A program made the position numbers and the translations under genes. A DNA stretch of 64,000 nt from an uncultured Planctomycetia bacterium (GTDB lineage Bacteria > Omnitrophota > Gorgyraeia > Tantalellales > Tantalellaceae): contig CAZGOZ010000001.1 of NCBI GenBank assembly GCA_964528025.1, forward strand, positions 4,398 through 68,397. The letters are read 5' to 3'. Of this stretch, positions 43,782 to 52,223 are shown in pieces (within the stretch, counting starts at the first letter, position 1; each line of letters opens with the position of its first letter). Under the pieces are notes generated by a model. It was given only the letters and a program-made list of their open reading frames with translations. It did not search any database and was not told where the DNA came from.

Positions 43782-44213
43782 TTAGGCTGTCCTATCAGGG
43801 CGTTTTGCCTGGTTAACCAAAAAAGTTTTCTGCCCGAAAATCTTATCGTTGGAGTAAATCCTGAATTCATATTTCCCCGGATGCGCAAACTTGAGAGCCC
43901 CGAGGTTAAAAACAAGATCATGGATCTCAAGAGGGCTGCAAATCCTAATTTCCTTGGGTATCTCCGCCCTGCCGATAACGGAATCATTCTCCAAATCAAC
44001 CAGTTCCAGGCAGAAACGATATTTTCCGTTCAGATCCGTGAGTTTTATATACACGGCAAGAAAATGATGCACGCACGGAAACTTGAAAGCCGAGATGTTC
44101 TCAAAAATTCCGATAAGACTTTTTTTGTTCGTGCCGGCTTCCGTTATAACTTTATCGCATACAAGCATCGCATTCACTACCGGTTTGGTAACACTCGCCA
44201 TTCGTTCCTCCAT
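43782..44213 (-). CDS. Hypothetical protein, no recognised domain
   Basis: 143 aa intact ORF in an operon-like arrangement with the PilZ, REC and STAS genes. Confidence 0.4.
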   Translation of the reverse strand: MEERMASVTKPVVNAMLVCDKVITEAGTNKKSLIGIFENISAFKFPCVHHFLAVYIKLTDLNGKYRFCLELVDLENDSVIGRAEIPKEIRICSPLEIHDLVFNLGALKFAHPGKYEFRIYSNDKIFGQKTFLVNQAKRPDRTA

Positions 44214-44238
44214 ATATTTTTATATAACGAAAACCGTG

Positions 44239-44646
44239 TTAAAGCGTCGGATGTTCATCCTGCTCAAGATCCGGCGACGCCCATTTGGAATAACATTCAT
44301 CAACAACTCTGATTATTCGTTCTCTGTCTTTCTTCGTAATCTCCGAAAAAATCAACGCTACGAGAAATAGATACGGCGCCCGCAGGTCCTCAACCCGTAT
44401 CACCTCTCCCACACAACTTATGGGATCTTCTTCCGGTGAAAAGTTTACTTTGAGGTCAAGCAGCGACCCGACCTCCACTTTTTTGTTGTAATAGAAAAGC
44501 GCCCCGCCGGCCCCTATATCCAAAACGGCCACCATATCCCACCCCTCAAACGCCTTCTTGCGCCCCTTATGTTCCTTGATCTGAAACCCTATAATGAAAG
44601 GTTTTTTTACCCTCTTATATTTTCGCCGCTCTTTTCCCTTAAACAT
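44239..44646 (-). CDS. PilZ-domain protein (c-di-GMP binding)
   Basis: RRKYKR (RxxxR) motif and DIGAGGA (DxSxGG) motif. The ORF extends to 44868 across a hairpin repeat; start chosen at MFKGKERRKYKR. Confidence 0.7.
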   Translation of the reverse strand: MFKGKERRKYKRVKKPFIIGFQIKEHKGRKKAFEGWDMVAVLDIGAGGALFYYNKKVEVGSLLDLKVNFSPEEDPISCVGEVIRVEDLRAPYLFLVALIFSEITKKDRERIIRVVDECYSKWASPDLEQDEHPTL

Positions 44647-44850
44647 ATCAGCATATCCCCTTTCATAAAACGAAAAACCGCATATATACAGGATAAATAC
44701 TATTATACCCGTCCGCGCCGGATATGCAAGCGTCTCCTTGCCCGCTCGTCCCGTAGCAGAACAAGAATCACCCGCCTCTCCGTCTGTCATTCCCGCGGAA
44801 ACGGGAATCCATTCGATATGAGAAATATGCAAAAAACGGCTGTTTTTCGT

Positions 44851-44905
44851 GCTCAGGGGTGTCCCCAAAAGGCATGTCCCCCGGATGGATGTCCCCCCGG
44901 ATGGA
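44851..44905 (+). repeat. rTGTCCCC direct-repeat cluster 1 (shares a 33-mer with clusters 2 and 3)
   Basis: cgtgctcaggggtgtccccaaaaggcatgtcccccggatggatgtccccccgg. Confidence 0.8.
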
Positions 44906-44918
44906 AATAGAATTCGTA

Positions 44919-44955
44919 GGGGCGAATAATTATTCGCCCGTACGTCTTTTATTTT
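44919..44955 (+). terminator. Hairpin plus conserved CTACGTCTTTTATTTT tail (family D, plus-strand orientation)
   Basis: gtaggggcgaataattattcgcccgtacgtcttttatttt. Confidence 0.45.
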
Positions 44956-45061
44956 GAATTTCCCGGGAACGGAACGCTCTGGCCAGATGAAAGAAAAAGA
45001 AAGTAAATACTTGTATTTTCTTTCTTTTCGTGATATCCTTTAGTCAAAAGGGGGCAATAAA

Positions 45062-45301
45062 ATGACTGTACAATTATCGACCAGAATAGATTCTAAGGCA
45101 AAACAGGCGTTAGATCAGCTGCACAAGAAAACCCATGTGCCTATATGCGTTCTGACCGAAAAGGCGATCTTTTTGCTCAAGGAGAAATACGAGCGCATAA
45201 GTTCGGTGGGAAAAAAGGGCGCGGTTGATGAAGTATTTATGGGCTTACTGGACCACAGCATGAAGAAACACGATGCCACATACAAAAAACTCGCCGATTG
45301 A
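45062..45301 (+). CDS. Antitoxin (Phd/RHH-like), partner of Doc
   Basis: A 79 aa ORF overlapping the Doc gene start. The N-terminal beta-strand/helix pattern MTVQLSTRIDSKAKQALDQL looks like an RHH fold. Confidence 0.6.
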   Translation: MTVQLSTRIDSKAKQALDQLHKKTHVPICVLTEKAIFLLKEKYERISSVGKKGAVDEVFMGLLDHSMKKHDATYKKLAD

Positions 45302-45704
45302 GCCGGTTAAATATCTCAGATTAGAACAAGTGCTTGCCGTTCACACTACCCTTATCGAGCGCTACGGAGGAAGGCACGGCATCCGCGATAAAGGACTTGT
45401 TGAATCCGCTGTCTTTAGACCACAAACTACGGTTTTTGGCCGGGAAGCTTACCCCGATTTTTTCGGGAAATGCGCTGTCCTGGGATATTCCCTTATCCAA
45501 AACCATCCTTTCATCGACGGCAACAAGCGAACAGGTTTTGCTGCCATGCATCTTATGCTACTTATGAACGGCTATGATCTGACTTCCTCCACCACAGAGG
45601 AAGTCAAAATGGCAGAAAAAACAGCTTCCGGAAAAATGAAGGAATCTGAAATAGCCCTCTGGCTCAAAAAACACTCCAAGAAGAAAAGACCAAAGACAAA
45701 ATAA
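45273..45704 (+). CDS. doc: Doc/Fic-family toxin
   Basis: Fic motif HPFIDGNKRTGFAAM. The N-terminus KYLRLEQVLAVHTTLIERYGG resembles P1 Doc. The ATG at 45273 overlaps the antitoxin by 29 nt, so the true start is uncertain. Confidence 0.75.
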   Translation: MPHTKNSPIEPVKYLRLEQVLAVHTTLIERYGGRHGIRDKGLVESAVFRPQTTVFGREAYPDFFGKCAVLGYSLIQNHPFIDGNKRTGFAAMHLMLLMNGYDLTSSTTEEVKMAEKTASGKMKESEIALWLKKHSKKKRPKTK

Positions 45705-45706
45705 TG

Positions 45707-45740
45707 ATTACACTCCGGGTTTGTACACTCCCGGAGTGTA
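45707..45740 (+). terminator. Hairpin after doc
   Basis: ttacactccgggtttgtacactcccggagtgtaa followed by tttctgg. Confidence 0.45.
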
Positions 45741-45769
45741 ATTTCTGGGCCTGCTCAAAAGTGTAAAGG

Positions 45770-45895
45770 ATGTCCCCGGGTTAAAGTGTAAAGCATGTTC
45801 CAGTTGCACAGTTCTAGATGTCCCCTGTTCTAGAAGGGGGCATGTCCCCAGTTCTAGAATATACAGGGGTGTCCCCAAAAGGCATGTCCCCGGTT
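45770..45895 (+). repeat. rTGTCCCC direct-repeat cluster 2 (five motif copies)
   Basis: ggatgtccccgggtt ... agatgtcccctgttctaga ... gcatgtccccagttctaga ... caggggtgtccccaaaaggcatgtccccggtt. Confidence 0.8.
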
Positions 45896-45913
45896 ATTAC
45901 ATTAGGCGGTGAG

Positions 45914-48900
45914 TTAGGCTGCGGACCTGATATTCTTTTTTATGATTCCATTCAGTATTGGGATTATATTAACATCCATTTTTCTGACGGGCAGGCGGAA
46001 CAGGAGCTCTTTGGCCAGCTGGTTAATATCCGTTGCTTTAGTCGTCCAGTCTTCTCCCGTGAGAGTCCGATAAGCGCTGAGAAGCTTATTCATATCACCG
46101 GTTTCGAGAGCCCGAAGAGCCATCATGATACCTTCAACTTGGATTATATCGCCTTCTCCATCTTTAGTGAAGGCGAGAGCTTTCATGCCTTTGGCCTGTA
46201 CCTTTTCAACAAGTTCTTTTCCAGGACAGGCAACATCAAATTGGACCTTGTAATTTTGATACTGAGATTCTATCTGCGTTTTCAATGTTTCTAATTTTTC
46301 CATAAACTCTTCCGGCTTGACTGAATCCGCCATTGAGAGTGATACTATTTTCTCGCCATATTTTTCGTCTCTCATCTCCTGCTCAAGTGTTTTAAGTATA
46401 TCCCTTTGCTGAACAGGTAGTATTGAATCTGTAACTATGTGGCAGATAATCGTCTTGTCCGGAATACTCGGGGTAAGGCTGAGGTTTTCGGTGTGTATTT
46501 TATCGGCTTTTTCTACCTCACGCGCATCGCTGGAGCATAGCAACTCTACAAGCGCCTTCGTATCTCTAAAATCGGGCCGTGTAAAGTCGGCTAAAGCCCC
46601 GAACTTCGCCGGTTCGCCTATACCCAAACCTAAAGCGCGTCTCATTGAGGTTTCTGTTTTCGCGTATTTTAAATCCTCCGGGGAGTCACCGATCATGACA
46701 ACTTGATTGCTTTTCAAGCCGTATCTCTTTTTGACGGCTTTAATAACTTCAGATTTTTTGACAGGAGACCCTATAACCCTGGAAGAAAGCGATTCGCCCT
46801 CTTTGAGCACTTTATCGCGAAGTATTTCACCTATCTCGGTCTCGCGAACCGCCACATCCAAAACGTCTTGGGTTATGCCGCTGGCGATATATATCTCAAT
46901 CCCGTTTCTTACAAGCTCTTTTATGAATTCAACTGCACCCGGTATGTACACCTTCGGCCTGCTCTGGATGTATATAATCTGCAACCCGTTGTAGGCAATA
47001 ACGAATCTCTTGGCTATATCGGGTTCGGCTTGAATGCTGTCTATCTTTTCCTGACTTAACTTGAATTTGTTCGCCAGTTTTACGGCTAACTCCGAAAGGT
47101 CTTCGTCACTATGCCCGTTCTGTTTCGCTATACCAATCAACATATGCATCTGCTCTATACAAGGCCTGCCGGTGGTCTCACCTACAAATTTGTAGCCCTC
47201 TTTCAAATCTTCTTCCTGAGACGCATCGTCAACAGTGCAATGTGTAATATACCACCAGTTTTTAGCCCACAGCTCTTTCTTCCAGCTCAATGTCTCAAGC
47301 ATAGTCCCATCCCAGTCAATAACAGCTGCTTTTACATCCGGTTTAATACGCGCGTTAGCGGTGGGATTTTTTGCCGGTGTCTGGGTATTCATCTTAGGGT
47401 GGACGGATAAATCCACCTGTTCTGCAAGCCCTATTTCTCTAATCGATTTTTCAGCTAAATTTTTTGCTCTTTGATTTGGGCGGAAAATTAAATCAAATCC
47501 TGTTTGCTCCGGTAAAGTTTCAGGAGCTACCCCTGTTAATAGCAACTGTTCAATTTGAGGATAAATTTCTCCAATTCTATTCAACAAATCTAGCGGACTT
47601 GATAAACCTAATTGGGCATAAGAAACTACACCCGCAAAGGGATAAGCTTCTTCGTCTGGCAATACTACTTCAGCTACAATTCTTTCCCTGGCCATGATTT
47701 TTATAGCTCTTAATGGTAATTTTGATGCCTCTAACTTTTTATAATGTAGTTCGTTTTCTTGCTTAAGGTCCTCAATTTGATCCTTTAGTGTCTCCGCGCT
47801 CATTTCTTTTCTCTTTGGGGGCTCAGGAGTGTGCAAAATGGTTTCTAGGTCAGTTATTAAAAATTCATTAAGCGCTATTTGTCTAGTTAGCGTAAATTCT
47901 ACTTCAACGTATTTAGCCGTTTCTTTTCGTACAAATTCAAGAAACTCTTCTGAAGTTGGGTCTACAATTCTAACACTTATCCTGCCTACAATAGGCTTAG
48001 TACTCATACCAATGCCATTCACATAGTCTCTAATTTCTAAATCAACTCCAGGCACAAAGTAAGCAAGTCTTCTGTGTTTGTCTAACACTTCATACACCTT
48101 AAGTTCTTGCTCCCTTGTCAAGTCTCCGTACAAATGGAAATTATTAGGCTCTTCCTTTATAAGCAATTCTTCTTGTACTATGCCGCTTTCATCAATGTAA
48201 AAGTTATCAATCAACTCTTCCCATAGCACACTCACATCAGATACTATTTCACTAAAATCCTCTTTTTTGACTGGAAGACTATCTCCTTTTGTACGAATTT
48301 TAAGTGAGAGCAAAGCCTCTTGAGAATCATTTACTTGACGTACCAGTCTGAAATTATAGCTACCTGTAACCCTCATCGGGGATTCTAACATCCAACCGCT
48401 TGTGTGATGATGAAAGTCGTAATAAATAAAACTGGTTGAGAATGGAGACTCTCTTTTTTCTGATTCACTTTTAAAACGCCTGGCTAGATTCACATAACGA
48501 TGCGTGACTTCCTGTAGTGTTGCCCCAAGTACATCAACATCGGAGATAGCTGCTATACCTAAAAGCTCTTTCTCTAAATCTCTGCTTCTTTGCTCAACAT
48601 CTTCATCAGGTTGACTATCAAAACTCAAATCCATATAAGCATCTGAGCTAACTTCTCCCCTAAAGGGTTTATGTTGAATAGAATACACATCCTCTAACCA
48701 ACTGGTATCCAGAGCAAGTATCGTAGCTTGTTTCTCGTCTTGCACGTCGGCTTCGGTTTCTGGCTTTGTTTGTTGTAAATGCTTTCTTAAGAGTGTTTCA
48801 TATTGTCCGGAAACTACATCATAGAATTGGTTTATCCACTTTTCGCTTTTTTCATCCAATTCATGATTCTTCTCTTTTCCCGTTGTTTCAATAAATTCTA

Positions 48901-50059
48901 TTGCTTCTAAATAATTAATTTTTTTTCTGTCGTCACTAATCAAGTTTAGATATATGCTTGCGACAATTAATCGCATTAGAACTGTTCTGTAACGTTTCCT
49001 ATCTGTTTCCTCACGAAAATAAGTTTTATTTAATCTTTGGGCAGCATTGTTAATAAGCGAAAATGTTATTGGCAAGACATTTCCGAGCGGTAATTGCGGC
49101 TCAACGAAGTCTTCACCCCAAAGAACGAAATTTCGGAATAATAATTGCGCTCTTGTACTATTAATAACACTGGCAACATCCCCGATATTTTTTCTTTCAG
49201 GGCCATTATAGAAATCTCCCCTTACAAGATTGTCTTCGCCTATAACGGTAATATCTATACCGCTTATGCCATTTCTTCCTTCACCACAATCTTTTGGGAA
49301 TATTTTCGAAAAGTTTTCAATTTCTATATGCTCCATGGACTCACATGCATTGCCTTTAACGATAATATCCAGATCAATATCATTGGGATTATCGCTCCAG
49401 AGAAAGCTTCCAAAAACTGAAATGTTTTTTATTTCGTACTGCGGATAGTGTTCTTTAAAATAATCTATAATAGATGCTGTTCTGTTCGCCAAAACGTGAC
49501 AGGAAGACAATATCTCTTCTTGTTTTTTTTGCGGATTACCTGCATAAAAGAGATTACGTTGTAGTCTTTTTCGCAACAAATCTCTGTGCTCAGCTTCAAC
49601 TTGCTCACCTGAAAAAACTTTTGCGGGAAATTCAAACTTAAAATCTATTGGCGTGGGGAATTCAACTTGCTGCTTGTTCCCGTGTAAATCATCTAAATGC
49701 TCTTTTATTACCCTTTTCACTCCACTCTGGCTCAAGCCCATCTTCTTAACTCTATCTCTCAATAGGTTGAAATATATTATTTCAGCCTCACTTTGAAAGT
49801 TGTCCCGAAAAATACTTCTGGCATCTTCATTTAGCTCGGTGATAACGACATTACCGTTTGTTGTCTTTATGTCAACTACTGGATTGAAGAGAGATTGTAT
49901 TGCCAAAGCTGAAGTAATTGGACCCTGAAGGGAGTAACCCTGCCCGGTCATAGAAAAGGCAAGAATCACTATTATTGATATTACCCGCAATAGATAATTA
50001 TGATTATGGACGTACTTACACATGTGGGTTAGCATAACAAAAGCGTTGTTAATAAGCAA
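45914..50059 (-). CDS. Giant 1381 aa protein with an N-terminal TM/signal anchor, a minimal nucleotidyltransferase (Pol-beta superfamily) motif and a HAD-superfamily hydrolase domain
   Basis: N-terminus LLRVISIIVILAFSMTGQG. The NTase signature is VFGSFLWSDNPNDIDLDIIV (GS-x11-DxD). HAD motifs: I VIDWDGTML, II IASGIT, K KKSEVIKAVKK, IV MIGDSPED. The region and its codon usage are AT-rich. Confidence 0.7.
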   Translation of the reverse strand: MLINNAFVMLTHMCKYVHNHNYLLRVISIIVILAFSMTGQGYSLQGPITSALAIQSLFNPVVDIKTTNGNVVITELNEDARSIFRDNFQSEAEIIYFNLLRDRVKKMGLSQSGVKRVIKEHLDDLHGNKQQVEFPTPIDFKFEFPAKVFSGEQVEAEHRDLLRKRLQRNLFYAGNPQKKQEEILSSCHVLANRTASIIDYFKEHYPQYEIKNISVFGSFLWSDNPNDIDLDIIVKGNACESMEHIEIENFSKIFPKDCGEGRNGISGIDITVIGEDNLVRGDFYNGPERKNIGDVASVINSTRAQLLFRNFVLWGEDFVEPQLPLGNVLPITFSLINNAAQRLNKTYFREETDRKRYRTVLMRLIVASIYLNLISDDRKKINYLEAIEFIETTGKEKNHELDEKSEKWINQFYDVVSGQYETLLRKHLQQTKPETEADVQDEKQATILALDTSWLEDVYSIQHKPFRGEVSSDAYMDLSFDSQPDEDVEQRSRDLEKELLGIAAISDVDVLGATLQEVTHRYVNLARRFKSESEKRESPFSTSFIYYDFHHHTSGWMLESPMRVTGSYNFRLVRQVNDSQEALLSLKIRTKGDSLPVKKEDFSEIVSDVSVLWEELIDNFYIDESGIVQEELLIKEEPNNFHLYGDLTREQELKVYEVLDKHRRLAYFVPGVDLEIRDYVNGIGMSTKPIVGRISVRIVDPTSEEFLEFVRKETAKYVEVEFTLTRQIALNEFLITDLETILHTPEPPKRKEMSAETLKDQIEDLKQENELHYKKLEASKLPLRAIKIMARERIVAEVVLPDEEAYPFAGVVSYAQLGLSSPLDLLNRIGEIYPQIEQLLLTGVAPETLPEQTGFDLIFRPNQRAKNLAEKSIREIGLAEQVDLSVHPKMNTQTPAKNPTANARIKPDVKAAVIDWDGTMLETLSWKKELWAKNWWYITHCTVDDASQEEDLKEGYKFVGETTGRPCIEQMHMLIGIAKQNGHSDEDLSELAVKLANKFKLSQEKIDSIQAEPDIAKRFVIAYNGLQIIYIQSRPKVYIPGAVEFIKELVRNGIEIYIASGITQDVLDVAVRETEIGEILRDKVLKEGESLSSRVIGSPVKKSEVIKAVKKRYGLKSNQVVMIGDSPEDLKYAKTETSMRRALGLGIGEPAKFGALADFTRPDFRDTKALVELLCSSDAREVEKADKIHTENLSLTPSIPDKTIICHIVTDSILPVQQRDILKTLEQEMRDEKYGEKIVSLSMADSVKPEEFMEKLETLKTQIESQYQNYKVQFDVACPGKELVEKVQAKGMKALAFTKDGEGDIIQVEGIMMALRALETGDMNKLLSAYRTLTGEDWTTKATDINQLAKELLFRLPVRKMDVNIIPILNGIIKKNIRSAA

Positions 50060-50104
50060 CTTTTGAGGTTATAACACGGGTCCTCCGATGAGGGTTCGGA
50101 AAAA

Positions 50105-50215
50105 CGGGGTATTCCCGTGCTCAGGGGTGTCCCCAAAAGGCATGTCCCCGGTTATGGGTTTTCCAGGGGTGTCCCCAAAAGACATGTCCCCGGTTCTGGA
50201 TGTCCCCGTCCCGGA
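50105..50215 (+). repeat. rTGTCCCC direct-repeat cluster 3 (five to six copies) directly upstream of the giant gene start
   Basis: cccgtgctcaggggtgtccccaaaaggcatgtccccggttatgggttttccaggggtgtccccaaaagacatgtccccggttctggatgtccccgtcc. Confidence 0.8.
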
Positions 50216-50528
50216 CCGGACGGTCCCGGGCCGGAAATGGGGTTCCCGCCCTACCGCCGCGCGGGATCGCTTGGGGCTGTTGTTAAGAGGTAAATGTTTG
50301 TTTTGGATGTGGGGTGTTAGTATGGGGTTACTTCGATTTTCGGGGGCTGACCCCGTTTGTGTGATTTGCTTCTCTTGTATCATATGGTATAATTTAAGTA
50401 GAATACTGTGAGGGCTTATTTAGTTTGACATATGTTTTTTTCGTGGTATACTTACCGCACTTTCTTGAAAAGGCTTGGGTAATAATTTGAGATGTCAATC
50501 CCAGAATTGACTATCGCTATCAAAATTA

Positions 50529-51377
50529 TCAACCTGAGCCTTTCTCTTTTTTAGGCACCTCTTTGGATTGTTTTACATACCTGATATTAAACTTATTCCT
50601 TATTTTGACCGAAACTTTTTTAGAAGCTTCTACCCAAGTATTCACAGTTAAATCTCTTATGCCTATTTTTTTAACTAAATACTCTCTAACCAAATTTTTA
50701 TTCATAGACCCTTTGTTTTTACTTCCTTTTATTGGAAATAGATTGTTTAAAATACATCCTTGCAATAAATCGCAAACACCCATAAGCTCATATCCCTCGG
50801 CTCCAGAAACCACATCTTGTATGTGTCTTATGCGAGGTCTTGTTAAACCTTTAGAATATACATTATCTGGTATACAAAAATTTTGTTTCAAGGTATTCAT
50901 GAATTGTTTTGGATCACATCTAGACATTTTATCCAAAAAAAGTACTGCATCGTCGACTTCTCTCATTTCTTTGTTTAATAAATGCTCAGCAAGAGTACGA
51001 TAAACTCTCTGTCTTTTTATTTTATCTGGCTCTGTTGCGTCACCATATCTATGCAATTCAAGCGAATTATCCGTTCGGATTGCTACAGCAGCAAAGTAGC
51101 TATCGCTATCGATAAATTTATCAATTACTTTTTCATATACTTCTCTTGTTTTTTTTGTATAACACCAATTATATTTAATCTCTCGAAGTCGACCATTTGG
51201 TAAAATAAAATGCTCTTTCATTAGTAATTTTTTAATTTCATTAAAAAACTTTTTATGGTGGGGATTGAATAATCCTCCTAAAATAAGCCATGTATGGTTA
51301 TGGTCATATGTTTCATCTAAATATATTTTCACAATACTGCTCCCAACTTTCGCTTTATCTTTTGTGGTTTCCAGCAA
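50529..51377 (-). CDS. Hypothetical protein, possibly DUF3800-like
   Basis: 282 aa. The N-terminal KIYLDETYDHNH resembles the YxDE[ST] start of DUF3800 proteins, recalled from memory only. AT-rich. Confidence 0.3.
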   Translation of the reverse strand: MLETTKDKAKVGSSIVKIYLDETYDHNHTWLILGGLFNPHHKKFFNEIKKLLMKEHFILPNGRLREIKYNWCYTKKTREVYEKVIDKFIDSDSYFAAVAIRTDNSLELHRYGDATEPDKIKRQRVYRTLAEHLLNKEMREVDDAVLFLDKMSRCDPKQFMNTLKQNFCIPDNVYSKGLTRPRIRHIQDVVSGAEGYELMGVCDLLQGCILNNLFPIKGSKNKGSMNKNLVREYLVKKIGIRDLTVNTWVEASKKVSVKIRNKFNIRYVKQSKEVPKKEKGSG

Positions 51378-51436
51378 AACGTGTTAGACGCTTTGCCGAA
51401 ATCACGGGTCTCCCTCAGAACCTCAGCAACGCAATC

Positions 51437-51763
51437 TTAAGCCACAAGGTTTGTCTTAAGCTTTTTTCTTTTAAGCTTCCCCGTTTCCATGTGTTCATCG
51501 ATACACTCATCACATTTTGATAATCGATCAAATGCTTCTGCAATATTTTCCGCTCTGTGAGATTTTATTAATCGTACATAATCGTCATGAAACGACTCCC
51601 CCATTTTTCTCAAAAGCTCCCTGTATACATCAAGGATTCTCCCTGTCATTTGAGATAAAGAGCGATCATCACTTTCTGCTAATCGTTCCAGAAACTTTTT
51701 GCTTTCTTTCGTCAGCCTAATCTGTATTCTTTCATCTTTTTTCATAAGCTTCATTGTACGCAT
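51437..51763 (-). CDS. Ribbon-helix-helix (CopG/ParD-like) DNA-binding protein
   Basis: IQIRLTKESKKFLERLAESDDRSLSQMTGRILDVY shows a beta-strand then two helices; 108 aa. Sits upstream of the DUF3800-like gene. Confidence 0.5.
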   Translation of the reverse strand: MRTMKLMKKDERIQIRLTKESKKFLERLAESDDRSLSQMTGRILDVYRELLRKMGESFHDDYVRLIKSHRAENIAEAFDRLSKCDECIDEHMETGKLKRKKLKTNLVA

Positions 51764-51802
51764 TTGTCACCATTTGTCAACCCCCTTCCAACCCGCCTCG
51801 AA

Positions 51803-51959
51803 GAATCCCCCGGTGCCTGCCCTTGCGGGGCTTAAATTTCCCGAACGGGCAGGGTTCCCGAAGGCCGAAAGGCCTGAGGGGGAGCGAGGGAAATTTCAGA
51901 GGTCAATTTCCTCGCTGGGGAAATTGACCGTCCCCGCGGGGGCAGGTGCCGGGGGATTC
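51803..51959. other. Long inverted repeat (about 30 bp arms) enclosing nested sub-hairpins; a candidate structured RNA or regulatory element
   Basis: gaatcccccggtgcctgcccttgcggggc ... gtccccgcgggggcaggtgccgggggattc, with inner hairpins aggccgaaaggcct and gagcgagggaaatt..aatttcctcgctg. Confidence 0.4.
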
Positions 51960-51961
51960 TC

Positions 51962-52150
51962 GTGAGGGGACAACACAAAGGGCGGGGGAACCCCGCCCCT
52001 ACGTCTTTTATTTTTGTTTTTACGTTCCCGATTCAATCGTGGGCGGACAACACAAAGGGCGGGTTTGGAACCCGCCCCTACGTCTTTTATTTTTACATTT
52101 AATCGTGGCCGGACAACAAAAAGGGCGGGCACGAGGCCCGCCCTTAGGGA
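51962..52150 (+). repeat. Three tandem family D units (about 65-75 bp each), each a GGGCGGG-loop-CCCGCCC hairpin plus a CTACGTCTTTTATTTTT tail
   Basis: ggacaacacaaagggcgggggaaccccgcccctacgtcttttattttt / ggacaacacaaagggcgggtttggaacccgcccctacgtcttttattttt / ggacaacaaaaagggcgggcacgaggcccgccc. Confidence 0.7.
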
Positions 52151-52223
52151 TTTTACTTTATTGGTCCCTCGGCGCGTTCGCTTCGCTCACTTGCTCGGGA
52201 TCAATTTTTGCGGAGCAAAAATT

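Noticed and set aside
45818-50411. ORFs 45818-46294 (+), 50069-50383 (-) and 50088-50411 (+), with peptides like GVSPKGMSPV
   Set aside because: The repetitive peptides simply translate the rTGTCCCC repeat clusters. No start context or domain supports them.
50380-50455. Plus-strand promoter-like matches (TGgTATAAT extended -10 at about 50383-50392; TTGACA-16-TATACT at about 50426-50455)
   Set aside because: No plus-strand gene lies downstream, since the next genes are on the minus strand. In an AT-rich spacer such matches occur by chance. They might instead drive antisense or ncRNA transcription, but there is no support from sequence alone.
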